Assembly: GCF_028368995.1 (NCBI RefSeq)
Contig: NZ_JAQNDL010000003.1
Span: forward strand, 2,080,001 to 2,144,000
Source of the DNA: Nannocystis bainbridge
Lineage (GTDB): Bacteria; Myxococcota_A; Polyangia; Nannocystales; Nannocystaceae
Direction of reading: 5' to 3'
DNA: 64,000 nt
Shown here one piece after another: positions 20,829 through 32,700 of the stretch. The position numbers and the translations under genes are program-made. Below the pieces are notes generated by a model. It made no database searches and was not told the origin of the DNA. It saw only the letters and a program-made list of their open reading frames with translations. The first letter of the stretch is position 1. Every line of letters begins with the position of its first letter.

Positions 20829-21412
20829 GCGTAGCCTTCCACGAGGCCGCGGATCACCGCGTCCCAGCCGCCGACGGCGATGAACAGCAGGACCTTGACC
20901 GGCAGCGCGACCGCGGGCTGCACCTGTCCCGAGAGACCGATGAGCGCCACCAGCTGAGCCAGCACCAGATCGACCAGCACGAACGGGATCAGGATCAGCG
21001 CCGCCATCTGCAGCGCCTCGGCCAGCTCGGTGACGAGGAACGCCGGCACGAGCGCGAGCGGGTGCGCGAGGTCGACGGCGTTGAGCCCGGCGAAGTACTC
21101 GATCTCCGCGGGATCGGCGTGGCGCTCGAGGAACGCCGAGAGCGGCCCGAACAGCGCCGCGACGTCGAGCGGCGCGCCCGAGCCGTACAGCGCCGCCGTC
21201 TCGAACGCGACGGGGCCCATGATCACCGCCGCGACCACCAGCGACAGCGCGAACACGGCGCTCCACGGCAACAGGGACTCGGCGCCGAGCCCGACGCGGA
21301 TCGCCGACAGCACGACGCTCGCCTTGGCGAACGCGGTGCAGCTGACGGCGGCGATCGGCGCCAGCGACAGGGCCGCCCACGTGGCAGCGCCTGCCGGCAG
21401 CTCAGGGACCAT
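20825..21412 (-). CDS. FliP/SctR-like export gate protein (degenerate)
   Basis: CTAFAKASVVLSAIRVGLG, LVPAFLVTELAEALQM, IPFVLVDLVLA, LPVKVLLFIAVGGW are recognisable FliP blocks. Confidence 0.85.
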   Translation of the reverse strand: MVPELPAGAATWAALSLAPIAAVSCTAFAKASVVLSAIRVGLGAESLLPWSAVFALSLVVAAVIMGPVAFETAALYGSGAPLDVAALFGPLSAFLERHADPAEIEYFAGLNAVDLAHPLALVPAFLVTELAEALQMAALILIPFVLVDLVLAQLVALIGLSGQVQPAVALPVKVLLFIAVGGWDAVIRGLVEGYA

Positions 21413-21812
21413 GCGCGCGCCACCCCTCCGTGCGGGGCGTCGCGTCGGTGCGCCACTCCGGGTTCGTGCGCTTGGCGTCGGCCCGCCAATGCTCGGCGCT
21501 GCGGGCGGCGTCGGCGACCCACGGCGGCGCGTCGAGCTCGCCCGGCGCGGCGTTCCACGGCGCCGGCGGCGGGTCGGGCAGCTCCAGGAGCAGCTGCGGC
21601 GGGCCGCCCGGACCTGTCCCGACGACCAGGCGGCGACCGGCGACATCGACCACGTGCAGCGCGTGCGTCGGCGTCAAGCCGATGACCGTCCGCGCCCGCT
21701 CGCGTCGCTCGCCCCGCACCCCGCGCCCCAGCCAGACGAGCAGCAACAGCGCGACGAGCAGCCCGCCGCCGACAGCCACGAGGTGAAGGTACGGTTCGAT
21801 GTCTTCCAGCAC
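21402..21812 (-). CDS. FliO-like protein
   Basis: GTG with GGAGGA RBS; one TM segment, then LTPTHALHVVDVAGRRLVVGTG...LLLEL (FliO pattern). Confidence 0.7.
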   Translation of the reverse strand: MLEDIEPYLHLVAVGGGLLVALLLLVWLGRGVRGERRERARTVIGLTPTHALHVVDVAGRRLVVGTGPGGPPQLLLELPDPPPAPWNAAPGELDAPPWVADAARSAEHWRADAKRTNPEWRTDATPRTEGWRAHGP

Positions 21813-22069
21813 GCGTCCTCCAGCGTAGGGAGGACGACGAGCGCGGGCAAAAAAGCCGCGACGTCGGCCCTGAGCGGCCTGCAGGCCGAATGCACGAAGC
21901 GCGGGCGAGCGCGAGAATTCGTCGCCCGTTCGCTGGCGAGCAACGATTGAGACAGCCCGGCGCGCGCGACGAGGACGAGCCGCCCGGCGCCGCGCGCGAC
22001 GAACGGCGCCCGGCGCACACCTCCCGTCTCGGCGGGCCCGCATGCCTCCCTCCCGGCGCGAACCGACCC

Positions 22070-22102
22070 AAAGCAAAAGGCCCGCGCCGGAGCGCGAGCC
22101 TT
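22070..22102 (-). terminator. Rho-independent terminator of the alpha operon
   Basis: Minus strand AAGGCTCGCG-CTCCGG-CGCGGGCC-TTTTGCTTT just after rplQ. Confidence 0.7.
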
Positions 22103-22139
22103 CATGCTCGGGATTCAGCGGCCGGGTGGCCGCCGGGCG

Positions 22140-22616
22140 TCAGTCGGCCGACTCGGAGCCGGTCGACGACGCGCCGCCGGCGGCCGCGGGAGCGGCGGAG
22201 GGCAGCTTGAAGGTGACGATCTCGAGGATCGCCATCGGCGCGGCGTCACCGGGGCGGGTGCCCACCCTGAGGATCCGCGTGTAACCGCCGGGGCGGCCGC
22301 GGAGCTGCGGGGCGATGTCGGTGAACAGCTTGTGCAGCGCGGCCCGCGAGCGGACCATGCGGCCGGCCATACGGAGTGCGTGCACGTACTTGCCCTGCTC
22401 GGCCGGGGAGCGCTGCTCCTTCGGCTTGGTGAGCAGGTCACCGAGGCGGAGCGCCGTGGTGATCGTGCGCTCGGCCAGGCGCCGGAGCTCCTTGGCCTTC
22501 GGCTCGGTGGTGGTGATGCGCTGGTGCTCGAGCAGCGACGTGACCATGTTGCGGAACATGGCGCGTCGGTGCGACGAGCTGCGGCTGAACTTGCGACCAG
22601 CGTTCTGGTGGCGCAT
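22140..22616 (-). CDS. rplQ: 50S ribosomal protein L17
   Basis: [12 protein letters not shown]...[10 protein letters not shown]...GGYTRI. Confidence 0.97.
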   Translation of the reverse strand: MRHQNAGRKFSRSSSHRRAMFRNMVTSLLEHQRITTTEPKAKELRRLAERTITTALRLGDLLTKPKEQRSPAEQGKYVHALRMAGRMVRSRAALHKLFTDIAPQLRGRPGGYTRILRVGTRPGDAAPMAILEIVTFKLPSAAPAAAGGASSTGSESAD

Positions 22617-22622
22617 GGCGGA

Positions 22623-23636
<1,014 letters not shown>

Positions 23637-23653
23637 TCGTCCCTCCGTTGTGG

Positions 23654-24283
23654 TTACTTCGAGTACAGCTCGACGATGAGCTGCTCGTCGATGTCCGCCG
23701 AGATGTCCGACCGGGAGGGCAGCGCGGTGATCTTGCCGCGCATGTTCTCCTTGTCGAGGTCGATCCACGCCGGCCGCGGGACCCGGTCGACCTGCCCGAG
23801 GGCGGCGACGATGCGCTGGATCTTCTTGCTGGGGTCGCGGACCTCGACGATGTCCCCGGCGCGCACCTGGTAGCTCGGGATGTTGATCCGCTTGCCGTTG
23901 ACCAGGAAGTGGCCGTGACGCACGAGCTGGCGGGCCTCGGCGTGGCTCGTCGAGAAGCCGCAGCGCAGCGTGACGTTGTCGAGCCGACGCTCGAGCAGGG
24001 CGAGCAGGTTCTCGCCGGTCACGCCCTTCATCCGCGAGGCGCGGTAGTAGTAGCCGCGGAACTGCTTCTCGAGCAGGCCGTAGATGCGCTTGACCTTCTG
24101 CTTCTCGCGCAGCTGCTGGCCGTAGTCGCTCGGACGCTTCTTGCGACCCTGACCGTGCTGACCCGGGGGGTACTGGCGCCGCTCGTAGCCGCACTTGTCA
24201 GTGAAGCAACGATCGCCCTTGAGGAACAGCTTGCCATCTTCACGCCGGCAGAGCCGGCACACGGGACCGATGTAGCGAGCCAT
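23654..24283 (-). CDS. rpsD: 30S ribosomal protein S4
   Basis: [29 protein letters not shown]. Confidence 0.98.
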   Translation of the reverse strand: MARYIGPVCRLCRREDGKLFLKGDRCFTDKCGYERRQYPPGQHGQGRKKRPSDYGQQLREKQKVKRIYGLLEKQFRGYYYRASRMKGVTGENLLALLERRLDNVTLRCGFSTSHAEARQLVRHGHFLVNGKRINIPSYQVRAGDIVEVRDPSKKIQRIVAALGQVDRVPRPAWIDLDKENMRGKITALPSRSDISADIDEQLIVELYSK

Positions 24284-24286
24284 GGT

Positions 24287-24691
24287 TCAGACCCTCCTCC
24301 GCTTGGGCGGCCGGCAGCCGTTGTGCGGGATCGGCGTGATGTCCTTGATCGAGGAGATCCGCAGACCCGCAGACTGCAAGCCACGCAGCGCCGACTCGCG
24401 GCCGGCACCCGGGCCCGACACGCGGACCGAAACGGTCTGCATGCCGTGGTCCTGGGCCTTGCGCGCCGCGTCGTCGGCCGCCAGCTGAGCGGCGAACGGC
24501 GTCGACTTGCGCGAACCCTTGAAACCACGCACGCCCGACGAGGCCCACGCGATGGTGTTGCCGTTGACGTCGGTGATGGTGATCAGCGTGTTGTTGAAGG
24601 TCGAGTTGATGTAGACCACGCCGGTCGAGACGTTCTTCTTGGCGCGGCGCTTGGACTTGCCCTTGTCGGCATCTGCCTTGGTGTTCGCCAT
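24287..24691 (-). CDS. rpsK: 30S ribosomal protein S11
   Basis: [28 protein letters not shown]. Confidence 0.98.
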   Translation of the reverse strand: MANTKADADKGKSKRRAKKNVSTGVVYINSTFNNTLITITDVNGNTIAWASSGVRGFKGSRKSTPFAAQLAADDAARKAQDHGMQTVSVRVSGPGAGRESALRGLQSAGLRISSIKDITPIPHNGCRPPKRRRV

Positions 24692-24694
24692 GGC

Positions 24695-25069
<375 letters not shown>

Positions 25070-25078
25070 GGTGTTCTC

Positions 25079-25192
25079 CTAGCCCTGTCGCTGCTTGTGC
25101 TTGGGGTTGTCGCAGATCACCCGCACGACACCTTTGCGGCGGATGACCTTGCACTTGTCGCAGATCTTTCGAACGCTGGCTCTGACTTTCAT
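25079..25192 (-). CDS. rpmJ: 50S ribosomal protein L36 (zinc-binding type)
   Basis: Manual translation: [37 protein letters not shown]. Confidence 0.96.
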   Translation of the reverse strand: MKVRASVRKICDKCKVIRRKGVVRVICDNPKHKQRQG

Positions 25193-25218
25193 TGTTCCTC
25201 TTGGCGAAGGTCGCTGGC

Positions 25219-25452
25219 TCAGGGCTGGCGCAGTGCCAACCCGGTGATGAGGCCGCGACCTGGATCGAGACTGGCCCTGCGGACCAGCACACGTTGCCCC
25301 GTCCGTATGTGCACGCCGAGGCGACGCGCCTCGGCGGACAAGCTGGCCGTAAGGACAGCCTGCGTCGGCGATTCGGCTTCGAGGCGGTACAGTTGCTGGG
25401 GCAACTCAGCGACCACTGTGGCCTCGAAGGTGTCGGCGTGCGGGGGATTCAC
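25219..25452 (-). CDS. Divergent translation initiation factor IF-1-like protein
   Basis: Occupies the infA position; [17 protein letters not shown]...IRTGQRVLV...DPGRGLIT aligns by eye with the IF-1 OB fold, with key residues changed. Confidence 0.6.
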   Translation of the reverse strand: MNPPHADTFEATVVAELPQQLYRLEAESPTQAVLTASLSAEARRLGVHIRTGQRVLVRRASLDPGRGLITGLALRQP

Positions 25453-25618
25453 AGAGAAGAGACCTTGGCCCGACGGGCTTGCGACCCGGCGGGTCCGTGA
25501 CGATGCAATACTTAAGCTCAAGGACCCCCAGGGGGGGTCAAGGAAGGGCGAAAAGGTGGCAAAAAGCCCGGCGATAGTCCAGCACGGCACCAGACCGGCG
25601 CGTGCGGCTCCGCGTGAG

Positions 25619-26935
25619 TTAGCCCCGACGTCCGCGGATCCGCGGCCCGCCCGGACCCGCAAAACCCTCGTACGAACGGGTCACCAGATGGCTCTCGATC
25701 TGCTGCGCAGTGTCGAGGGCGACGCCGACGACGATCAGCAGAGAAGTGCCGCCATAGTAGAACGGGACGTTGAATTTGGTCTGCAGCAGGGTCGGCAGGA
25801 CGCACACCGCAGCGATGTACCAGGCGCCGGCGAAGGTCAGCCGCGTGAGGATGAAGTCGATGTACTCGGCCGTCCGCTTGCCAGGACGGATCCCGGGGAT
25901 CGACGCGTTCTGCTTCTTCAAGTTGTCGGCCACGTCGACCGGGTTGAACTGCAGCGACGTGTAGAAGAACGTGAAGAAGATCACGAGCCCGACGAACGCG
26001 GTGAGGTACAGCCAGCCATCGTAACGCAGGGCGTTCGAGAACCACTGCATCGACGAGCTGCCCGTCATGCCGGCGATCTGGCTCGGGAACATGAGGATCG
26101 AGCTGGCGAAGATCGGCGGGATCACTCCGGCGCTGTTGAGGCGCAGCGGCAGGTAGTTGGCGTTGCCGCCGAACATCTGCCGCCCGACCACCCGCTTGGC
26201 GTACTGGACCTGGATCCGCCGCTGGCCGCGCTCCATGATCACGACAAAGGCGATCACCGCGACGACGAGCGCGCCGAGGATGGCGATGAACATCGGCCCG
26301 AAGTTCTCGGGATCGTCCTGGGTCTTCTGCCACAGCTGGTACAGCGCGACCGGAAGGTCGGCGACGATGCCGGCGAAGATGATGAGCGAGATCCCGTTGC
26401 CGATCCCCTTCTCGGTGATCTGCTCGCCCAGCCACATGATGAAGCATGTCCCTGCGGTCAGGGTCAGGATCGTCATCAAGCGGAACGGGAGGCCAGGGTC
26501 GAGCACCAGCGTCTGCCCGGGGGCGTTCTGGGACTCGAGCCAGGTGGCCATGAACCAGCCCTGGACCACCGACAGGAACACGGTGCCGTAGCGGCTGTAC
26601 TGGTTGATCTTCCGCCGGCCCGTCTCGCCTTCTTTGCTCAGCATCTCCAGCCGCGGGATGACGGCGGTCATCAGCTGCATGATGATGCTGGCGCTGATGT
26701 ACGGCATGATGCCGAGCGCGAACACGGACAGGTTGCTCAGGGCGCCGCCGCTGAACATGTTGAGGTAGCCGAGGAAGCCGCCCGCGCCCTGGCGGACGAT
26801 GTCGTCCATCACGGTACGGTCGACGCCGGGCACGGCCACGAACACGCCGAAGCGGTAGACAGCCAGCATCGCCAGCGTGAAAAGCACACGCTTGCGCAGC
26901 TCAGGCAGCTTGAAGATGTTGATGATGACACCCAT
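25619..26935 (-). CDS. secY: Preprotein translocase SecY
   Basis: ATG 26935; [40 protein letters not shown]. Confidence 0.98.
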   Translation of the reverse strand: MGVIINIFKLPELRKRVLFTLAMLAVYRFGVFVAVPGVDRTVMDDIVRQGAGGFLGYLNMFSGGALSNLSVFALGIMPYISASIIMQLMTAVIPRLEMLSKEGETGRRKINQYSRYGTVFLSVVQGWFMATWLESQNAPGQTLVLDPGLPFRLMTILTLTAGTCFIMWLGEQITEKGIGNGISLIIFAGIVADLPVALYQLWQKTQDDPENFGPMFIAILGALVVAVIAFVVIMERGQRRIQVQYAKRVVGRQMFGGNANYLPLRLNSAGVIPPIFASSILMFPSQIAGMTGSSSMQWFSNALRYDGWLYLTAFVGLVIFFTFFYTSLQFNPVDVADNLKKQNASIPGIRPGKRTAEYIDFILTRLTFAGAWYIAAVCVLPTLLQTKFNVPFYYGGTSLLIVVGVALDTAQQIESHLVTRSYEGFAGPGGPRIRGRRG

Positions 26936-27174
26936 CGGCGATCCCAGCTTGCCCCTTCTCGTGCCCGATCTGACGGCCAGACGGGCGGGCCCTGCGGCCC
27001 CGGGGCTACGGCGACAACTTGTACCCCATGCCGCCCGGCGCCGCAGCCGGCTCGGCAACGAACTTCGGCCGGGCCCCGTGCGGGAGCCCGGCCGACACAT
27101 GAAAGGCCGCGCACCCGGTGACCGGCATCACTGTGCGCGGCCTGCCGGCCCGGACGGCCAGACGAACGACCTGT

Positions 27175-27639
27175 TCAGGCCTCGACGGGCGCCGCGGGCT
27201 CCTGGATGGAGCCGCCGGCCGCCTCGACCTTCTGACGCGCCGACTCGCTGACCTTGTCGACGTTGACCTTCAGCGCGGTCTTGAGCTCGCCCGTGCCGAG
27301 CAGCTTGACCTGCTTGACCCGCTTCGGGATCAGGCGCTTGGCCCGCAGCGTCTCGAGCGAGACCTCTTCGCCGGCGGCGAACTTGCCCTCGAGCAGGCCG
27401 ACGTTGATGCCGTGGTACTCGTCGCGGTTGAGGCTGACGAAGCCACGCTTCGGGACCCGACGCTGGAGGGGGTTCTGACCGCCCTCGAAGTGGTCGGGCA
27501 TCTGGTTGTGACGCGCGAGCTGACCCTTGACGCCGCGGGTCGAGGTCTTGCCGCGGCGCGAGCCGATACCGCGACCGACGCGCTTGCGACGCTTGCGGGC
27601 GCCCGGCGGCGGCGACAGAGTTTCAAGTGTAGTACCCAT
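27175..27639 (-). CDS. rplO: 50S ribosomal protein L15
   Basis: RVGRGIGS, FEGGQNPLQRRVPKRGF. Confidence 0.97.
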   Translation of the reverse strand: MGTTLETLSPPPGARKRRKRVGRGIGSRRGKTSTRGVKGQLARHNQMPDHFEGGQNPLQRRVPKRGFVSLNRDEYHGINVGLLEGKFAAGEEVSLETLRAKRLIPKRVKQVKLLGTGELKTALKVNVDKVSESARQKVEAAGGSIQEPAAPVEA

Positions 27640-27667
27640 CTGGGATGTCCCCTTCGGCCGTATCGGC

Positions 27668-27856
27668 TTACTCGTCGGCCGGCTCGACGGCGACGAGGTG
27701 TTGGATCTTCCGGATCATGCCGCGGATCGACGGCGTGTCGTCGAGCACGCGCGAGTGTTGCAGGCGGCGCAGGCCGAGCCCGCGGACAGTGTCCTTCTGC
27801 GACTGCTCACGGTGGATCGGGCTGCGGACGAGGGTCACTTTGAGCTTGAGGGCCAT
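27668..27856 (-). CDS. rpmD: 50S ribosomal protein L30
   Basis: MALKLKVTLVRSPI...LGLRR...TPSIRGMI. Confidence 0.95.
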   Translation of the reverse strand: MALKLKVTLVRSPIHREQSQKDTVRGLGLRRLQHSRVLDDTPSIRGMIRKIQHLVAVEPADE

Positions 27857-27867
27857 GGCTGTGCCTC

Positions 27868-28365
27868 CTACTGCGTAAGCTCGGCAACCGCGAGGCCGCG
27901 GCGACGCGACACCGATTCGGGCGCGCGCAGCCGCTGGAGCGCGTCCAGCGTCGCGTGGATGACGTTCTGCGGGTTGTTGGTGCCGATGCACTTGCTCAGG
28001 ATGTCGTGGATGCCCGCGCACTCGACGACCGCACGAACCGCGCCGCCGGCGATGACGCCGGTACCCGGCGAGGCCGGCCGCAACAGCACCGTGCCGGCGC
28101 CGTGGTGACCGATGACCTCGTGGGGGATCGTCGCGCCCGCGAGCGGAACCTGGAAGAGGTTCTTGCGCGCGAGGTCGTTGGCCTTGCGGATCGCCTCCGG
28201 GACCTCCTTGGCCTTGCCGTAGCCGATCCCCACCCAGCCGCGCTCGTTGCCGATGACGACCAGCGCGCTGAAGCTGAAGCGCCGACCGCCCTTGACGACC
28301 TTCGCCACGCGGTTGATGTAGACGACGCGGTCGACCAGTTCTCCGAGAGATTCGATGTCGATCAT
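27868..28365 (-). CDS. rpsE: 30S ribosomal protein S5
   Basis: [24 protein letters not shown]. Confidence 0.98.
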   Translation of the reverse strand: MIDIESLGELVDRVVYINRVAKVVKGGRRFSFSALVVIGNERGWVGIGYGKAKEVPEAIRKANDLARKNLFQVPLAGATIPHEVIGHHGAGTVLLRPASPGTGVIAGGAVRAVVECAGIHDILSKCIGTNNPQNVIHATLDALQRLRAPESVSRRRGLAVAELTQ

Positions 28366-28374
28366 GACTGGTTC

Positions 28375-28734
28375 CTAGAAGTCGAGCCCACCGGCCCGCG
28401 CGCCGTCAGCCAGGGCTTTGACCCGGCCATGGTAGATGTAGCCGTTGCGGTCGAACACGACCTTGGTGATACCTTTGGCCAGGCAGGCCTTGGCGATGGC
28501 GCTGCCGACGAGCTCGGCCAGCTCGCGCTTGGTCTTCTCGCTCTCGCTCGCCAGCTCCTTGATGAGTGAGGAGGAGGCCACGAGGGTCGCCGACGTGCTG
28601 TCGTCGATGACCTGGGCGTAGATGTGCTTGGCGCTGCGGAACACCGAGAGGCGCGGACGCTCCGTGGTGCCGTGGACCCGCTTGCGAATGCTGCTCTTGC
28701 GACGCAGCCGGATCTGTTCTTTGGGCGAGGGCAT
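28375..28734 (-). CDS. rplR: 50S ribosomal protein L18
   Basis: [26 protein letters not shown]. Confidence 0.98.
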   Translation of the reverse strand: MPSPKEQIRLRRKSSIRKRVHGTTERPRLSVFRSAKHIYAQVIDDSTSATLVASSSLIKELASESEKTKRELAELVGSAIAKACLAKGITKVVFDRNGYIYHGRVKALADGARAGGLDF

Positions 28735-28755
28735 GGTCGAACTCCAAGCACGCGG

Positions 28756-29301
28756 CTACTTGCCTTTACCGCGAGCCTTGCCTTCCTTCAGGGTGATTTT
28801 CTCGTTCAGGTAACGCACGCCCTTGCCCTTGTAGGGCTCCGGCGGCCGGAAGCTGCGCAGGTCGGAGGCGACCTGGCCGAGCAGGGCCTTGCTCGCCGAC
28901 TTGACGTGCAGCTTGCCGTCCTTGTCGACCTCGGCCTTGACCCCCGCGGGCAGCTTGTAGCTGACCGGGTGCGAGAAGCCGAGGGTAAGGTCGACGACGT
29001 CGCCCTTGACCGCGGCGCGATAACCGACGCCGACGATGTCGAGCGTGCGCGTGAAGCCGACCGAGACGCCGGTCAGCATGTTGGCCGTCATCGCCCGCGC
29101 GGTGCCGTGCAGCGCGCGCTCGTCCCCGGACTCGCCGGTGCGGGTGAAGGTGATGTCGTCACCCTCGACCTTGAACTGGATCGCGGCCGGGACCTCGAAG
29201 TTGAGGTCGCCCTGGGGGCCCTTGACCGAGAGCGTCTGCCCCTTGGCGGTCACGGTCACCCCTTTGGGGATCTTCACTGGGGATTTGCCGATACGACTCA
29301 T
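28756..29301 (-). CDS. rplF: 50S ribosomal protein L6
   Basis: MSRIGK, RPPEPYKGKGVRY. Confidence 0.98.
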   Translation of the reverse strand: MSRIGKSPVKIPKGVTVTAKGQTLSVKGPQGDLNFEVPAAIQFKVEGDDITFTRTGESGDERALHGTARAMTANMLTGVSVGFTRTLDIVGVGYRAAVKGDVVDLTLGFSHPVSYKLPAGVKAEVDKDGKLHVKSASKALLGQVASDLRSFRPPEPYKGKGVRYLNEKITLKEGKARGKGK

Positions 29302-29331
29302 GGTCTTGTTCCTTCGCGGCGATGGGGCGAA

Positions 29332-29727
29332 TCACCACACGCTGCAGATGAGCTCGCCGCCGATGCCCTGACGCCGGGCGGCGCGGTCGGTCATCAGGCC
29401 GCGCGAGGTCGAGACGATCAGAATCCCGAGCCCGTTGTGGACCTTGGGGATGTCCTTGCCGCGCGAGTAGGCGCGCTGACCGGGGCGGCTGATGCGGCGC
29501 ATGCCCTCGATGGCGGCCTCTTCGCCTTGGTACTTGAGCTTGACCGACAGCAGGCCCTGCTTGTCGTCGTCCTCCCACGAGAAGTCGAGGATGTACCCCT
29601 CCTCCTTGAGGATCTGGCAGATGCGAAGCTTCTGCTTCGAGCCGGGCATCGTGGCGCTCGGGTGCTGGGCGTGCTGGGCGTTGCGGATGCGCGCCAGCAT
29701 GTCGGCGATGGGATCAGTCATGGACAT
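29332..29727 (-). CDS. rpsH: 30S ribosomal protein S8
   Basis: MTDPIADML, ISRPG, GIGGELIC. Confidence 0.98.
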   Translation of the reverse strand: MSMTDPIADMLARIRNAQHAQHPSATMPGSKQKLRICQILKEEGYILDFSWEDDDKQGLLSVKLKYQGEEAAIEGMRRISRPGQRAYSRGKDIPKVHNGLGILIVSTSRGLMTDRAARRQGIGGELICSVW

Positions 29728-29742
29728 GGTTGCGACTCCTCC

Positions 29743-30402
29743 TTAGGCGCGCCGGAACGGCATCCCCAGCTTTTCGAGCAGTGCCCGGCCCTCGTCGTCG
29801 GTACCCGCCGAGGTGTGAATGCAGATGTTCATGCCCGGCACCTTGTCGAGCTTGTCGATATCCACTTCGGGGAAGATCAGGACTTCCTTCACGCCGAGCG
29901 TGAAGTTGCCGCGGCCGTCGAACGCCTTGCGGCTGACGCCCCGGAAGTCACGCGTACGCGGGAGCGCGATCGTCAACAGACGGTCGAGGAACTCCCACAT
30001 GACGCTGCCGCGCAGGGTCACCATGCACCCGATCTTCATCCCCTCGCGGAGCTTGAAGGTGGCGATCGACTTCTTGGCGCGGGTCACCACCGGTCGCTGA
30101 CCGGTAATGTTGCCGAGCACCTCGAACGCCTGCTCGAGCAGCTTCGGCTGGCGAATCGCCTCGCCGAGCCCGATGTTGAGCACGATCTTCTCGACTCGTG
30201 GCACATTGAGGACGTTCTTGTAGCCGAACTCGCTGACGAGAGCTGGCTTCGCGACCTCGCTGTACTTCTGAACGAGCCGGGGGACATACCCCTCCTCGCG
30301 CTTGAGCGGCTCCTCCTGGACCCGCTGAAACTTGAACCCGAAGCCGGCGGCTTCCTTCTTCTTGGCGGGGGGTGCCCCGCCGGCGCGTGCTGCCTTGGCC
30401 AT
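29743..30402 (-). CDS. rplE: 50S ribosomal protein L5 with N-terminal extension
   Basis: KIVLNIG, ITGQRP, FDGRGNF; about 38 extra N-terminal residues. Confidence 0.96.
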   Translation of the reverse strand: MAKAARAGGAPPAKKKEAAGFGFKFQRVQEEPLKREEGYVPRLVQKYSEVAKPALVSEFGYKNVLNVPRVEKIVLNIGLGEAIRQPKLLEQAFEVLGNITGQRPVVTRAKKSIATFKLREGMKIGCMVTLRGSVMWEFLDRLLTIALPRTRDFRGVSRKAFDGRGNFTLGVKEVLIFPEVDIDKLDKVPGMNICIHTSAGTDDEGRALLEKLGMPFRRA

Positions 30403-30417
30403 GACGTCGAATTCCGG

Positions 30418-30735
30418 TTACTTGTCGATCTGCTCGCCCGACTTGACCGCGACGCGGACCTTGCGGCCATCGTCGAGGACCTGGAAGCGCACCCGAGTCG
30501 GGTCGCCCGACTGCGGATCCGCGAGCATCACGTTGGAGAGGTGGACGGGGGCCTCGCGCTTCACGATGCCGCCCTGGGGGTTCTCTTTGCCGGGCTTGAC
30601 GTGCTTGGTGACGATGTTGACACCCTGCACGACCACTCGGTCGGTCTCGGGCACGACCCGCAGCACCTTGCCGCGGCGACCCTTGTGTTTTCCAGCGATG
30701 ACGACGACCTCGTCGCCCGAACGAATCCGCTGCAT
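30418..30735 (-). CDS. rplX: 50S ribosomal protein L24
   Basis: ATG 30735; [16 protein letters not shown] motif, EAPVHLSNV. Confidence 0.97.
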   Translation of the reverse strand: MQRIRSGDEVVVIAGKHKGRRGKVLRVVPETDRVVVQGVNIVTKHVKPGKENPQGGIVKREAPVHLSNVMLADPQSGDPTRVRFQVLDDGRKVRVAVKSGEQIDK

Positions 30736-31103
30736 CACAGCACCTCCGGCGCCAGCGAGATGATCTTGAGGTAGTTCTTCTGCCGCAGCTCGCGCGCCAC
30801 GGGCCCGAAGATGCGGGTGCCGATCGGCTGCTTCTGGGCGTCGATGAGCACGGCGCTGTTGGTGTCGAAGCGGATCACGCTGCCGTCGACGCGACGCACG
30901 CCCTTGCGCGTGCGGACGATGACGGCCTTCATGACCGAGCCCTTCTTGACCTTGCTGTTCGGCAGCGCGTCGCGGACCGAGACGACGATCACGTCGCCGA
31001 TGGTCGCGTAGCGGCGCTTCGAACCGCCCAGCACCTTGATGCAGAACAGCTTGCGCGCGCCCGAGTTGTCGGCCACGTCGAGGACGGACTGGACCTGAAT
31101 CAT
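30735..31103 (-). CDS. rplN: 50S ribosomal protein L14
   Basis: [22 protein letters not shown]. Confidence 0.98.
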   Translation of the reverse strand: MIQVQSVLDVADNSGARKLFCIKVLGGSKRRYATIGDVIVVSVRDALPNSKVKKGSVMKAVIVRTRKGVRRVDGSVIRFDTNSAVLIDAQKQPIGTRIFGPVARELRQKNYLKIISLAPEVL

Positions 31104-31387
31104 ACGAGCGTCGCTTTCTCCACGATCGCCTGGAGCGACCAGCGCTTCTCGCGGGACAGGGGCCGGCAGCTGACGATGCGAACGACATCGCCGACCTTGG
31201 CCTGGTTGGTCTCGTCATGCGCCTTGTAGCGCATCCGCTCGCTGACGTACTTGCGGTAGCGGGGGTGCTTGAAGCGCCGCTGCACCTGGACGACGATGGT
31301 CTTGTCCATCTTGTCCGACACGACGGTGCCGGTAAGGACTCGGCGCTGACGCGTCTCGGTCTCGGAGGTGGTGTCTTGCTCAGTCAT
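31100..31387 (-). CDS. rpsQ: 30S ribosomal protein S17
   Basis: [20 protein letters not shown]. Confidence 0.97.
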   Translation of the reverse strand: MTEQDTTSETETRQRRVLTGTVVSDKMDKTIVVQVQRRFKHPRYRKYVSERMRYKAHDETNQAKVGDVVRIVSCRPLSREKRWSLQAIVEKATLV

Positions 31388-31390
31388 GGC

Positions 31391-31597
31391 TCATGCCTCT
31401 CCCGCGATGCCGTGAGCGCGCTCGTGGAGGACGGTCTTGATGCGGGCGATGTCGCGGCGCAGAGCGCCGAACTGGGCGAAGTTGGTGGCCCGCTGGGTCG
31501 CCTTGGCGACGCTCAGGCGGACAAGCTTGTCGCGGAGCTGGCCCTCGAGCTCGGTGAGCTCTTCGGTGGTCTTCTCGCGGAGTTCGAGCGCTTTCAC
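31391..31597 (-). CDS. rpmC: 50S ribosomal protein L29
   Basis: KALELR...RRDIARIKT; expected position. Confidence 0.95.
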   Translation of the reverse strand: MKALELREKTTEELTELEGQLRDKLVRLSVAKATQRATNFAQFGALRRDIARIKTVLHERAHGIAGEA

Positions 31598-32010
31598 AGG
31601 GCGGTGTCCCTTCGGATGAAGCGGGTCTTGATCGGGAGCTTGTGATGGGCGCGGAGGAACGCCTCGCGGGCGAGCTCCTCGGTGACACCCTCGATCTCGT
31701 AGAGGACGCGGCCGGGACGGACGACGGCGACCCAGTAGTCCGGGGCACCCTTGCCCTTACCCATTCGGGTCTCGGCCGGCTTGCGCGAGACCGGCTTGTC
31801 CGGGAACACCCGGATGTAGAGCTTGCCGCCGCGCTTGACGTGGCGGTTGATCGCGATACGGGCAGCCTCGATCTGGCGCGCAGTCAGCCACCCGCACTCG
31901 ACGGTCTGCAGGCCGAAGTCGCCGAAGGAGACCTCCGACCCGCCCTTGGCCTGGCCGGCCATGTGGCCCTTTTGGACCTTGCGGTACTTGACTCTGGATG
32001 GGGAGAGCAT
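31594..32010 (-). CDS. rplP: 50S ribosomal protein L16
   Basis: [18 protein letters not shown]. Confidence 0.98.
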   Translation of the reverse strand: MLSPSRVKYRKVQKGHMAGQAKGGSEVSFGDFGLQTVECGWLTARQIEAARIAINRHVKRGGKLYIRVFPDKPVSRKPAETRMGKGKGAPDYWVAVVRPGRVLYEIEGVTEELAREAFLRAHHKLPIKTRFIRRDTAL

Positions 32011-32025
32011 GTTCGGATGCCTCGC

Positions 32026-32700
32026 TTACTTCTGGGGCCGCGGGAAGCGCGGGTCGTTCTGTTGCGTGGCGCGCTGGCCGTAGACCTCGCCCTTGAAGAT
32101 CCAGCACTTGACGCCGATCGCGCCGGCGGTGGTGTGGGCCTCGGCAAAGCCGTAGTCGATGTCGGCGCGCAGGGTGTGCAGCGGCACGCCACCGGCGCGG
32201 TAGGTCTCGCGACGCGACATCTCGGCGCCGGCCAGGCGGCCCGAAGCGGCGACGCGGATGCCCTTGGCGCCGAACTTCATGGCGGTCTGCATGGCCCGCT
32301 TGAGCGCGCGGCGGAAGGCGATGCGACGCTCGAGCTGCTGGGCGATGTTCTCGGCCACCAGCTGCGCGTTGGTCTCGGCCTTGCGGACCTCCTGGATGTT
32401 CAGGAACACCTCGGACTCGGTCAGGCGGGAGACCTTCTTCTTCAGGCCCTCGACGCCGGCGCCGCGCTTGCCGATGATGATGCCGGGACGCGCCGAGAAG
32501 ATGTTGATCTTCAGCTTGTTGGCGGCCCGCTCGATCGTGATGTCGGCGATGCTGGCGGCGTAGAGATCCTTCTTCAGGAAGCGCCGGATCTTGAGGTCCT
32601 CATGCAGCCACTGGCGGTAGCGCGAGTGCTCGAACCACTTCGAGCCCCAGGTACGGACGATGCCGATGCGGAAGCCGATCGGATGTGTTTTCTGTCCCAT
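32026..32700 (-). CDS. rpsC: 30S ribosomal protein S3
   Basis: [22 protein letters not shown]. Confidence 0.98.
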   Translation of the reverse strand: MGQKTHPIGFRIGIVRTWGSKWFEHSRYRQWLHEDLKIRRFLKKDLYAASIADITIERAANKLKINIFSARPGIIIGKRGAGVEGLKKKVSRLTESEVFLNIQEVRKAETNAQLVAENIAQQLERRIAFRRALKRAMQTAMKFGAKGIRVAASGRLAGAEMSRRETYRAGGVPLHTLRADIDYGFAEAHTTAGAIGVKCWIFKGEVYGQRATQQNDPRFPRPQK

